Positions 10,063 to 21,914 of a DNA stretch of 64,000 bases are shown here, piece after piece. This stretch comes from Schizochytrium sp. TIO01. Its lineage: Eukaryota; Protista; Bigyra: Labyrinthulomycetes. Below the pieces are notes generated by a model. The model was not told the origin of the DNA and did no database searches. It saw nothing but the letters and a program-made list of their open reading frames with translations. The number at the start of each line of letters is the position of its first letter. Position 1 is the stretch's first letter. Both the position numbers and the translations under genes were made by a program. Location: contig SMSO01000032.1 of NCBI GenBank assembly GCA_004764695.1, positions 7,906,483-7,970,482 on the forward strand. The letters are read 5' to 3'.

Positions 10063-11869
10063 GCTTTAAAACGAGATTTGAGTGGTTCGTAATCCTTTTA
10101 GATTTATATGCTTAAACTCGATCGAGAAAGAAGTTTTTAAGGCAATGTTTTTATTTATTTCATTAGCACTCACCCACACCACACTGAAACTGCATTTGAT
10201 CTTTTTTTATACTTTTTTTTCGGAAGGTTGGAGATGTTGAAAGCAATTTACTACTCTTTACAGATTAAGTCATGGAAATCAGACACACGAACATTTGTAA
10301 GTAATGGTCCAGACAAGACGATGGATACTTGTATTGTTAGGCACGCTCATGGACCGGAGTATTATGGGATTAACTATATATGTGGTTTTTTTTGTTTTGC
10401 TTTTTAAATTAATAAGAAGCAGTTTCTAGTTGTAGAATTCATGAAAATCTCAGCACCTTGGTACATGGATTTTTCATCAAATTTGCACTGTAGACTAAAT
10501 GATAGCCTCTCTCTTATTCTTGCATTTCTTTTCAGATTTTTGAGGCTCTTATTAAACAAACAAAAACGGTTATGCAACAAATCGGATTGATGAACAAGTG
10601 GGGTAGCTAAATATGTCAATGAAATTGCTGAGTATCCTTGAAATTCAGTTCGCCCCAATCGCCAGCTTTTGTCTCAATTAAATTTACACGGACATGCTTA
10701 ATTAAAGAAATTCTTAGTTTTGAATTGAATGTCTTGTTCGTTGCCTCGGAAGTTTTTTCGAGATCTGCCGTTGCTAATATCGTTGTTATTTTATCACTTG
10801 CGTTTTACTCCGCTGACGCCTATGCTTCTTTTGCTGTGTAAAGAGTTTCTTCTAGCCTGCAACTTCCCGCCAATAATTTAAATCTTGATGAGAATGAAGT
10901 ATGTTAAGATAAATCAAAAAGTAAAAGAAAAAAAGCCACAGGTCTATTTTGAGAACAGAAGTCAAGATCTTACAAAGAGAGCAAAAGAAGTAACCATAGC
11001 CCAAGATCATACCCTTGTGCTATTCAACTTGAAGACCAACAGATAAGAGAGAGACAATCATCAAGCCATCGAAATTAGGTGTAGAGGTAGCTTTCAATAT
11101 CAAAATTGTTTTTGAGAGACGCCTTCAACTTGGCGACCGTTTCACATTTTTTAAATTTCTTCTCCAATCTTTTCTCTTTTCAGTCTGCAAGCTCGGCCCT
11201 GCAAAGGCAGCCCTCCTGAATTAAAAATGCTATTAAGAAAACGGGTACATGGGCGGGCGTAAAAGTTAGCGACGCACTCGGTTCTGAAATATCATAATTC
11301 GAGAAAATATGCTGCGTCACTCAGGTTATTGTCTAATTTACGGTGTTTGCTTGAATGATGAAAAGATGTTGTTTGCACCGAAACCATTCCGCGTACTGGG
11401 CGAGTTAGTCCTTGGGTTGACACATCTTGTTGCGAAGGCGAAGATGGGCTTATATATAGAAGGATGGAAATGTAGTTGCAAGAGAAACGTCATACAATTA
11501 ACTATACCACGCGAGTAACGCCTCATCTTATTCCCACTGACTACGAGTCACAGAAGGCTAGGCCGAAATTATGTAATGGGACGGCACGAAAAACCGATTT
11601 TTACCGGTTTGCTAGTCTCTTCTTGGCTCTCTCTACTATTTATTATCCATAGTGAGTAGATAGCAGCTCTAGAGTGCCATCTTAATAGATAAATATAACT
11701 TGAATTTGAAACGTCAGCTAGCTGCTTTATTTGTAACTTTTAGGAGATTGAGGATGTACAACATTTGCATAGTACGGAAAGCCTCAAATGTTTCAGGTGT
11801 CAATATTAAACGACAGAGTATTATAGTAATTTGAAAGTTAGGATCACCAGCTACCCATACTAGTCTTTC

Positions 11870-12800
11870 TACTATACATAAGGCAGTCTTTGTATTCTGT
11901 CTCATATGAAATATCATATAAAGCGCGTTGCAGTCTAAGCTACCAGAAACCTTATGGTATCTAGAGAAGAATCAAAGTATACCACCCTTTATAACGTTTA
12001 CTCACTTACTGTATCAAGGTCGACTCTGTATCTATGTAAAACCTGTTCCGCTCCTAAAGAGATAGCTATAATAAAGCACGGAAGCAGAGATCAACCCAGC
12101 ATTGAAGTCCTCATTGTGCAAGCAGTTCTTTCAATGAACTAAAACCAAGCGAACATTGTTTTTAGTCATGGCAATTTCATAAATAGGGGATGAGAAAGCT
12201 TCTTTCGTCGAATGCTTCTTATCGCGTTCCCAGAGAATTATCTTCAACAATTAAGGCAACTTTGAAACGGCATGCGCCCGGTGCACTACTCACAAAAAAC
12301 TGTCACATGTTTGTTTATCTTTTGCCATACGCATTTTAGTCTAACGTAAATTGATTAGACATTTCCCTTTGGGTTCACGTCATCCTTGCCTGTAGAGAGA
12401 ATAAAATGTAGAGAATTGGAAGCAAAACGAATTTCCTGACACTGGATCTTGAACAATATAAAAGAACGTCAAATTCTCACCAGGACATCAGACCTTCGCT
12501 GGCGAATGACTGTATCTCTGGTTTGGAATTTAAATAAAATGGCATTCCCTATTTGCTGTCTATTTTAGAAATGTTGTGTTCATCCATTCTCTTTGCATTC
12601 GGTACATGCTACACAGGCAAAATGTATTGGCAACCCCCTGAGTTATTTTCTCTTTCTGATTGAGAAAGAAATTTAAGTGGTTATACTACATCCTCTGAGA
12701 ATTCGAGCTAAATGATCAAATTGTGCCAGGGTTCTGCGCGTGCATGGATGCTTGCCACTTAGGTCACTTGTGACCACATGCATGTGAAATGATGCTCAGC
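11870..12800 (-). mobile_element. Degenerate pogo/Tigger-type (DDE_1) transposase relic
   Basis: Minus-strand fragments appear in pogo order: SHACGHK*PK..QNP, GLPIHF, EWMNTTFLK* (~12590), MPF/KVALIVEDN (~12255), NNVRLVLV (~12150), DFNAGLISASVLYY (~12085), SLDTIRFL, DISYETEYKDC. They parallel the Tigger consensus LPV.W..N.KAWMT / PFKVLLILDN / NVKVVFLP / DQGII..FKAYY / LDAI / ETI.NC. Many stops and frameshifts. Confidence 0.55.
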
Positions 12801-14739
12801 TTTTGATATTACTAATGTCCTATTCACTATATATAGCACGCACCATGACATGGAATGAGTTAATGAGTCAAATTATACCCTCTGCGTGCTGAGTAGGCGA
12901 AGTGTCTTTCAGAGTAATTGAAAATTTATATATTTTTTGCTTGAAAATTTCACAATATTAACAAAAATGCGAATATTATGTTCAAATTTAAAGATCAAAG
13001 CTTACTAAGGGCTTTAGAAAATTATACTCTTTGCGTGGAAGTGTTTCCAGTCTTGATTAAATCAACACCAAACAGAACATCTGCGCAAAAATCCAAGCAC
13101 AAATAAAAGAGGGTTTGGTGAAAGATATGAGAAGCTTATTCATTTTAACGTGATATAGCTCTCTACTTATAGCACTTCTACCTTTATGGAAACAGAGAGA
13201 TTACGCAATGCTTAGGTACCGTGTGTTGGACTAGGAAGTATGTGGATTCTAGGAACTTTATTTAAAATGTGAAAGGGAAAATATATTAAATTGCGCTTAC
13301 ACTTAAAGTGTTTTTCAGGTCATTAGTTTTGTGCTCATTTTTTCATAGTCTACGTTTGCTTAGGGCATTCATAAGCAAGCAGACTTATGATTTCATAATT
13401 TGGATTCATTTTAAAACAAGAAATTTTAAAAATCATTATTATAAAATCAAAAAAGAGATACGAATAAACTCCGACCATACATTAACCTCTACTATGAGAA
13501 CAAAATTTTAGCATAACACGAAGTATATTTTTTTAATACTTACATCGAAATACTATGTAAGATCGAGCAGATTATATAAAATAAAGAAACTATGTTTTGA
13601 AATGATTTGTTCGTCATGCTATCGATGACTATGAATTACTAGGTACTACACTTTGCAATTATGCTCTTCTCATCCGATTGTTGTGTCATGGTTGAGCAAT
13701 GAGAACAAATGTTACACGTGAACTACAGCACTAGGATTGTGTCTAGTGACAGTAAAGATGGGCTGAAGTAAGACTTTCTCTTCAAATTACTATGGTACTA
13801 TTCTTTATGATTTCCTTTTGCGTTTGTTCTTATTTGGAGTTTTACAGGTTAAAAGACACTCCTTTTCCAAGCAAGCAGATAGGTAAATGTATAGGCAGCA
13901 GCTGTATACTAGGCAACTGTAGAATGCAGGTTGAATAGGCTAAAGGCTGATTAGACCACCTCATATGCCTCCCAGGCTTAAAAGAGTCAGCCCAGGGGTT
14001 CTCAAAGCTCATACGGACGCTAAGCGCTCAATGTGCCTGTTAGTCTTAGTTAGTTCATAGCGTCCACAGAGGAGACCGGCTGGGCCGGATAATTCGTTTC
14101 AAAGTTGTAGAATAGGGACGAGTGACTCTGCTACTGGGGTCTTAAGTTATTCATATAACATGATAAGTAGGATGAATTGCCTCACCTACGATTAGTGACT
14201 TAGCTCAGAGCACCCTGATGGATTTCCTTCTCGAGTTTGGTGTATGTTCTGTAAATTTCACTGCAAATGAGACACAGATGTGACAGTAGGCTCGGAACAA
14301 AGTATGATTGCGATCGTGTTCAATATCTCATTTTTGTAATGGCAACTAAGATGAGTATTTCATACCTGCTATTTTTAGTTAACAGTGCAAATAGGAGAGT
14401 GTGCAATAGAGATTTGGCTTATATGGAAGAGAATAAGAGGCAATTGATGGCTCAAGCACCAGAGACTTGTGCATCGTTGCTCTTTGTTCTTACGTCTTGT
14501 GAATTTGGTTGAGTGAATGTATAAGTAACGCCGGTACGCTTGATGTAAGTGCTTACGTGTTAGGACGGTGAAGTAGGTGCGTGATTGTACAACGTGCTCA
14601 GAGTAAGAAGCATAACGAAAGTCACTGTCCTCAGAAATTGGAAATACCCGATTCTGTTAATTTCTGTGCTGGAGAACATAAAAACTTTTTCCCCGCGCTC
14701 TCTAAGATGTAAGCCGAAAACTCTGTATTAAAGAAAAAA

Positions 14740-15350
14740 CCCTAATTACATCCTAAGCAATATATCAGAAGAAAGTAGACTGCATAAGCGTGTACTAAAC
14801 ATCAACATGTGTTGCATAGCTCTCCTTAGAAACATTCTTTCTACTGTGTTTGAAACAGCATATAGACCTGTTTTGTTGAGACGTAGACTTGAACGGACAG
14901 CGCAGCGTCTTGTTTGCCTAAGAAATTACGAAATGAACGTCCATTATATAAGTCGAAAGCTAAGTTGGCTCACCCGGAGCTGGCTTCTGGGCTTCGAGTT
15001 GACCGAGAGCAGGGTTTAAGCAGACAGCATTCTTTGAAGAGGGTTTCAGTCTCTTCAAAGTCGGATGGCCAATCGCACTGTTTCCTTGTGCGTATGTATG
15101 CGTTAGTTGGTGATATACTGGAGTCCTATGTTGCTCCTCATTAAACACCTGCGCCTCTCTCAGACCCCTGTGAGATACTTGCTGACATGTTCTGTGAGAT
15201 GGTCTCGCGGCAGAAGTTGCAAGCTTCCTCGAGCAGGGGTCGAACTTGATTGGAGGCAAATAGCACCACCTGCAGTAAGATAGTGCGCAGAGGAGGGATA
15301 GCCGTGTAGCCCCTCCGGATAAAACCGACTCGGGTCCCCTGGTCCACGCC
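14740..15350 (-). mobile_element. Possible hAT transposase C-terminal (dimerisation region) relic
   Basis: Minus strand gives YAVSNTVERMF then, after a 1-nt shift, SK (~14825-14862), resembling the hAT motif TSN.VERLFS. Upstream fragmented ORFs 14960-15353. Confidence 0.3.
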
Positions 15351-16919
15351 CACTCTGAGTCGTTCGTTTATCCACTAGTTTTGATTTGATTTTCCTTCGC
15401 CACATCACTTTTTTTTTTATAGCTTTCATTTTTCTAACTTACCTAATATCATTCTTTCTTTTTAAAATCATCTGAAACTTTTTAAAGGTATTTTTTAAAA
15501 TTAAACATTAACACAAAAACAAAATAAAACAAAATAAAACTTCCGTTATCTCGCCCCAGGAAGTCCTTGCGAGTCAAGCGTTTGATTTTCGATTTTAGAA
15601 TTTTAAAGATACGATTAAGCGAGCATAAGGTACCTACTACCAAAGTATTTTCCTCCTTATCTCTTTTCTCTCTTTCTTTTTTCCTGAGAAAAAGTGAGTG
15701 CGGCGTGCTTACCCTATGCGGACGTTGCCTAAGAAAATCTACTTGAAGAAGTAAGATCACGGAAGGCGCAATACAGGATCCTTGGAGTGTGGAGGTGGCG
15801 TCCAAGTTGGTTCTAGACTGGCTTCGTTATCTTGATAGCTCATTTCTAAGCTGCAAGCTAACAAACTGATTTTCATTTGAGACTTTAAGTCCCTATGTTC
15901 TAAGTCCCCTTCAATTTTTCCATCATCCTGAAACAGGCAAAAAGTAAGTTTTGATGTCGATACACTGCGGGAAAACCTTCTCCTTCGCTGAAAATCAGTT
16001 AGGCATTCATAAATAAAACAATATACTTCCAAAAATGAAGCATAACTCTTTTGAATTCGATTAGGCCTACGCAATTACAAACTACTCAATTAATACCAGT
16101 GAATCGCGTAAGCTTTTAACTATGCATATAATCGATTTTTTTCAAGGAAAGCTTGAGAAAGACTCATCTTTGTTAGACTACAGTGCGCGAATCGCCTGAG
16201 GCTAAAATGTTATTGTTGATGATGCTATTCCTAAAGTTTACTTTTAAGGCTTTCATTCAGTGTCGCGAACACTGATAAGAAATAACCCCCCCCCCCCGTT
16301 CTCATTGATCGTTTAAAATTGCATTGCTCTCAGCGTTTTGCAGTTCATTCGAACCTCCTCATATCATACGGAATGGAAACGAGATCGAAATAAATTTTAC
16401 AAGTCTATCATGATGATCTCGTGAATTCTCTTTTGTTAAAGTCTGGGATTTCTTGGTGTTAGGGATTATTACCATCTATGTGATTGCGAAAGCCAATGAC
16501 AGCATTCAGTCCAGGGTAAACATTGTACCTTATTGTCACTATGCTAAACCCAGCAATTTGAAAAGTAAGCTGCGATTTTGAGCTCATGTCTCGGTGGATT
16601 CTCGATAGCCCACGCAACAACCCCGATCTATGATCACTATAAAGGAAGGGTGAACAGGTCGCGTCACACATGAAGGTATGCTTATTTTCAATTTAAAACA
16701 AAGACTTAAGAAAATTAATATCAATCAAAGCTCGATAAAAAAACAAACAAAGCAGAAAAAATGGAAGACAAAGGAGCTGAAAAAAAAAGTAAAAAAGAAG
16801 AGTGCAAAGGTGATCCATGGCTTCGGATTGTAATTTTCATCGATACCAAGGACATCGAACTAGAAATGTTGGCACGTAGATTCCAGGTTCGCCTTAAGAA
16901 CACATACCAGACAATCTGC

Positions 16920-19121
16920 TCATGAGAGCTGCATGACACAGTCGAGAAGAATCCGCAAGGCACATTTACATGAAAGTTCATTCATGCCATCTACAGCTGC
17001 AGCAAGAACCTCATCTAGAGACTCTAGAATTTCTGAGCGACGGTAACCTTTCCAGGGAGAATTAATAATAGTCAGGTGAAGGAGACGCAAATAATCACTG
17101 CGAAAGTCATCATCAAGGGGTAGGTCCCGAATTTGCATTAGAATGATATCCACCATGACCTTAAGGTCATTAAGGTGAAAAAAATCGTGCGTCGTCTTTG
17201 TAGAAAACAGAGAGCGAAACATGTACAAGAGCTGACCAAGCAAGACGGGGTCATCGTATGGATAACTAGATGTGTTCAGAAGGTGCAGAATGGCTTCACT
17301 AAAAGGCTCCGCCTTAAGCGAGTCCTCGTTTAGAACACGGACAACATGGTTCGGTTCATCATCCAAAGTAATACTCATATCCTCATCACCTGTTTCAGGG
17401 CCCGAAAAGCGATCTGGGTTAGCCGTGTACCCGTAGTGTGAGTTGAGAGCTATAAGTACGTAAGTTGCCATGAGAAAGACATCCTCCGTGGGGGCAAGCA
17501 TGCAATCAATGAGGCGCTCGAGAGTATCATCAGATGGTAGAGCATTCTCAGAGAGGTTAGGAACCTCCGTTAAGAAGCTGTAGCACAAAGCAAGGATTGA
17601 GAACTTGCTTGTATCATCGGCTTCATCGAATTCCTCGATGCCCCGGCTGAGATTAATCATAAATTCTTCAGGATCTAGACCCCAGTCACCATCAACATAA
17701 TGGCGAATCAGTGTACCATCGAGTTTCTCGAAAGTCTCGAGAAGTATAAATGTTAAGGAGCGCACGGGCGAGGGTACCTTGCTAGCATCCCCGAGATGCA
17801 GGTATATATCTCGAACGAATTGATAGTCGCCGTATTGTACTGCAGCCTCCCAGCCCTCAACGCTACCGCAATATTTGATCGCAAGGAAGATTTGACGAAG
17901 ACGATTCTCGACGCGAAACTCCTCATCGATGCCAGTATCAAGCATCCTTTCTCGATCTTCGACAATCTGCGGGGTTTCATTGCCTTGAGGCTTTGCGCCA
18001 AGCTCCTCAAGGATGTCTGGAATGGAAGCTTCCATATCAAATGCAATCTCAGCCATCTCCTCGGAACGCTGGTACTCGTCATCAGAGACGTAACCGTCAG
18101 GTCGATTCCACTGTGACTCGCCGGTTTCTTTATTTACGTAATAAACATCTCCAGCATCTTCTTCATCAGCTGCGATACCAATCGTCGCAGTGATCTTCTT
18201 TTCCCAGACCTGAGGACCGCGCTTAGGACGGCTATCCATACTTGATCGGCCAAGGCTGCGGCGTTGTGAAACGACACGACTCATTCGGGAAGCAGGGAGG
18301 AGTGAAATGAGAAGTGATCGTCTAGTAGCCCTCGTAGCACGAGATCCTGCCACACTTGTAGGGGTCCCTGGTGAAGATGTTTCTTGAGTGGCATCGTCCC
18401 CAGAGTCTTCATCATCCCCGTTAGCATTAGATTCATTCTTATCGACGTTGTTCATGCTACTGACACCATCATCAACAGTATCTTCGTTGTCGTTATCGTC
18501 ATCGTCATCGTCGTCTTCATGGTCATCGGTGACACTGGAGGAAAGGCTGCTTCGAATCGACGGTGCATCAGGAGGCTGTGGATGAAGTCGTCGCTGTAGA
18601 ATGGAACTCTTTTGCAGATGCTTCTGAGGTGTTGCCCCAATACGACTTCCAGCAGCAAGAAGCGAGCCAGCAACATTCGTCTTCGGCAAAGAGGATCTAG
18701 CAGGAGAAACACCACCAATACGCGAGCCAGCAGAAAGAAGAGAGTCTGCAACAGCTTTGCTGGTGGCTTTAGATGGTGTTTGCGTGCCGCGTTTCATCTG
18801 GTTAGCGCGTTTAATTCGGGTGCCGGCATTTCGCAACCGTTGTGCGAATGAGTCACGCTTGTGAGCGAGCACGTCAATGTCGTGTGCATAGGCAGATTCA
18901 TCATCGAGGCTGTTGCTATCTGCAGCGTCACCATCGTCGTTATTGCTAGAAACAGACTTCCCATTTCCATCTTCTTCATCCTGCTCTTCAGCACGCTGGG
19001 CATCAATCACATATCCTTCGGGCTCATCCCATTGTGTGACCATTCGAGCGCGATTGTAAAAGTAAGGTTTGCCATCCTCCGTGTGCATGAGATACCAAAC
19101 ATCTGTGGATTCCGAGGTCAT
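16920..19121 (-). CDS. WW-domain protein with C-terminal SPIN90/Ldb17 (WISH/DIP, DUF2013) domain; probable Arp2/3 activator
   Basis: WW1 WYLMHTEDGKPYFYNRARMVTQWDEP; WW2 WEKK...VYYVNKETGESQWNRP; C-terminal FFHLNDLKVMVDIILMQIRDLP...RSDYLRLL matches the SPIN90/Ldb17 motif FYTNDL.VLVDI. Confidence 0.8.
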   Translation of the reverse strand: MTSESTDVWYLMHTEDGKPYFYNRARMVTQWDEPEGYVIDAQRAEEQDEEDGNGKSVSSNNDDGDAADSNSLDDESAYAHDIDVLAHKRDSFAQRLRNAGTRIKRANQMKRGTQTPSKATSKAVADSLLSAGSRIGGVSPARSSLPKTNVAGSLLAAGSRIGATPQKHLQKSSILQRRLHPQPPDAPSIRSSLSSSVTDDHEDDDDDDDNDNEDTVDDGVSSMNNVDKNESNANGDDEDSGDDATQETSSPGTPTSVAGSRATRATRRSLLISLLPASRMSRVVSQRRSLGRSSMDSRPKRGPQVWEKKITATIGIAADEEDAGDVYYVNKETGESQWNRPDGYVSDDEYQRSEEMAEIAFDMEASIPDILEELGAKPQGNETPQIVEDRERMLDTGIDEEFRVENRLRQIFLAIKYCGSVEGWEAAVQYGDYQFVRDIYLHLGDASKVPSPVRSLTFILLETFEKLDGTLIRHYVDGDWGLDPEEFMINLSRGIEEFDEADDTSKFSILALCYSFLTEVPNLSENALPSDDTLERLIDCMLAPTEDVFLMATYVLIALNSHYGYTANPDRFSGPETGDEDMSITLDDEPNHVVRVLNEDSLKAEPFSEAILHLLNTSSYPYDDPVLLGQLLYMFRSLFSTKTTHDFFHLNDLKVMVDIILMQIRDLPLDDDFRSDYLRLLHLTIINSPWKGYRRSEILESLDEVLAAAVDGMNELSCKCALRILLDCVMQLS

Positions 19122-21118
19122 CTTATGCAGACTTGAATCTCACGGCTCTTGATGCTTGACAGATTGATGTACGCCACGTGAATCAAAAGTCGAACCTTCC
19201 GAGATTGACGATTCTACTTTATTCTTCTCTGAACAAAGCAGTCGATCAGAAGCGATGGTTAATACAGTATCTTTGCAGACTTCTCTGTAAGGAATCTGCT
19301 TCAAGCAGACTCAAAGCTATCTACTTTGTTGCCCACTTTCACAAGTTGCTATTGCCGATCTTGTGCAGCTCTTCTGCTTGCGTTATCTCCTGTCGCACTC
19401 AGGTGTGTCCTCGTCTTCTTTGTCTTTGTCTTTGACTGTAGCGTTCGTTACCACCTAGATTGAGAAGGTTTCCCAGTAGCGCGGGGCCAGTGCAATTCCG
19501 CAGCGAGCTGCACAGACTTTACGTGGTCCCAAAGCTCCGCGGTAGCTTCGGGCCTCGCGTAGGTTGATCACTCCTCAAGGACTGATACCGATTAGTTTCA
19601 TACTACTAGACACTTGAAGAAAGCACCAAAACCAGAACACCTTTGAAGAACGAGAACAACAAAAACCTAACTATTGCCATTACTATATACTTGCACTTCC
19701 TCCTTACTTAGTCGCTGTTACCTAGTGCCTAGCTGCCTACCTTCCAAGTCATATCGCTCGTTTCATCGCCCTTTCATGCGGTGATAATTGAGTGTAAATT
19801 TTGTCCTTCGCGAGCCTGGCGCATCGTCTACTACTTCCTGACCCTATTTTTCACTTGTGCACCGAAGAGTCTCTTTTCATCAGCCAAAAAGTAACATCAC
19901 ATCCATTTATATGCAATGCTGATCTCTTTTCATCAGCGCCTATACTTCTTGCTACCTGCATTTACAATGCACAATACAAACCCACAAGTGAGCTATACGA
20001 AGGGCAAAGTAGGCTCTGCATGTCCGCACAAAAGCCTGGCCCCTTGGGGTGTATATTGCGAGTTTTGATAGATTTATATCTTTCCTCCCCGTATTACTCA
20101 TATTACTCTACACCTATCTACTTAAATGGGTTGTACTATACCCCGCCCACCCTGTAGCGCAAATGCCCAACTTAAGGTGGAAGAAGCTCTTTCAATTTCA
20201 ATTTTCAGGTTTAAAAGAAAAGGTGAAAAGATGAAAAGAGCACGGCTCTCCAAGCTGCGGCTGCGCGAGCTCAGCTGCAGGCTAAAGGCAGGCCAGCCGT
20301 GGCTCAGTGAAGCAAACACTGGCCTGGGGAGGCCGTGCTATTCCGCTCATGTTTCCAGCCTTGGCACCCTTCAAACGCCAGGCTTGGGCACGCAAGACGC
20401 CTCAAAGCGCAGAAGATCGCGATGGATATTCGCTCCATCTTCAGAAGAATATAAGAACAGATTCCAGAACGCCCAATAGTCCTTCCTAGCCAAAAGTAGA
20501 GTGTGTCTAGATCACTAGGCCATACAGCTTAGTGGATGAAACAGGGTAATAGGGCAGAACAGCATGGCGTACACTGAGTAGTGGTTTACTATATAATAAT
20601 GTAGGGGTCTGTACTATTTACCTCTATGTGTGATAAAACCCCCCCCTCTCTTCCTCCTCTGATCTCCACTGTTTTTCGTACCCCGTCTTCCCTCTCAAGC
20701 TTCCCCCTCACATTCCCCTTAGCCTCCACTGGCACTTTCCTTCCCATTTCTGCCTCTTCTTGCTATTTGAAAGTCCTCTTAAACAGCGCCTATCACATCT
20801 CAGTGGATGTGAAAAGTTGTTTTTTTCCTTTGGAGCATCTTATATTATATTTGTGTTTGTTTCCTCTATTACCTTCTCCTTTTGACAATGGCCAGTGCTA
20901 GCAAGGCGTAGATGGCTGCTAGCGGCTAGGTGTCTTTTCTCCCTGCTTGCTTCTCATTAATTGTTCACATCTTTGCCCCATTGTCCTTCTTGGTTGAGAG
21001 AGTAGCTATGAGGTTATGAGCTACAGAATAGAGATAGAATTGAGATTATAAGAGATTACAGAATAGTACTAGTATGTATATCTTGAAATAGACAATGTCA
21101 AACATAGAGTGCAGAATG

Positions 21119-21238
21119 AATATAGAATATAGAATATAGAATATAGAATATAGAGTATAGAATATGAATACAAATAGAAAATACATCGTATAGTAAAGTA
21201 AAATATTGTGTAGGTAGGTAGATAGATAGATAGATAGA
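21119..21238. repeat. Compound microsatellite (TATAGAA)n, (TAGG)n, (AGAT)n upstream of SPT6
   Basis: Read directly from the sequence. Confidence 0.85.
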
Positions 21239-21914
21239 GCCGCGTTTGAATTTTGACTTGTTTGTTTCTCTGTTGTTTCTGTCCTCAAACGGCGGCTTGC
21301 GAAGACGCCGCTCGGAGCCGCTCAGGACAGCGGAGACGGATCTGTGCAGGACGCAGGGCCTGCTGCGAGGCGGAGAGGAGTCGCCTGCGAGGGATACCGT
21401 CCTTCGGCTGCGATCAGGGCTGGTGGGAACGGAGCCACCTCGCTTCGCTGGATTCCCTTCCTTCATCGCGCTCCTTGGAGGCTACTGCCGCTCCTCGTGC
21501 TCGTTGCGGAGGCAAGCTGCACAGCATAAAGGCGAAGTCGCGTAGAATCTGAAACGTCCCTCTCACTGAGTGCCGGTTGCCGTGTATTTGTCTGGCATAC
21601 TAGGTTAGGACGCAACGCTCGATACGCGGAGATATTATATTTGCATTTTTTCACCTTGTGTGGAGAAGATATAAAGGTCAATATATAAAGATCAAGATTG
21701 AAGAATCAAGAGTAAAGACCGAAGTCACTGCTCAATCCAAATAAATTTGAAATCGGCATCTGCACAAAGAGGACGACTGGAGACGGTCGCCTTTGATTCA
21801 CACGTCCAAGTCTCATAAATAATTGAGACAGCGGTATTCACTCTAGTTTTCTGTGTTGCAGATCCATAAGATCGTTCATCAGTTTATTCATCCGCATTTA
21901 CTCATTTATTCACC

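Noticed and set aside
19178-21900. Short GC-rich ORFs between the WW gene and SPT6
   Set aside because: Overlapping in several frames, mostly non-ATG starts, no motifs; best explained as divergent promoter and 5' UTR sequence.
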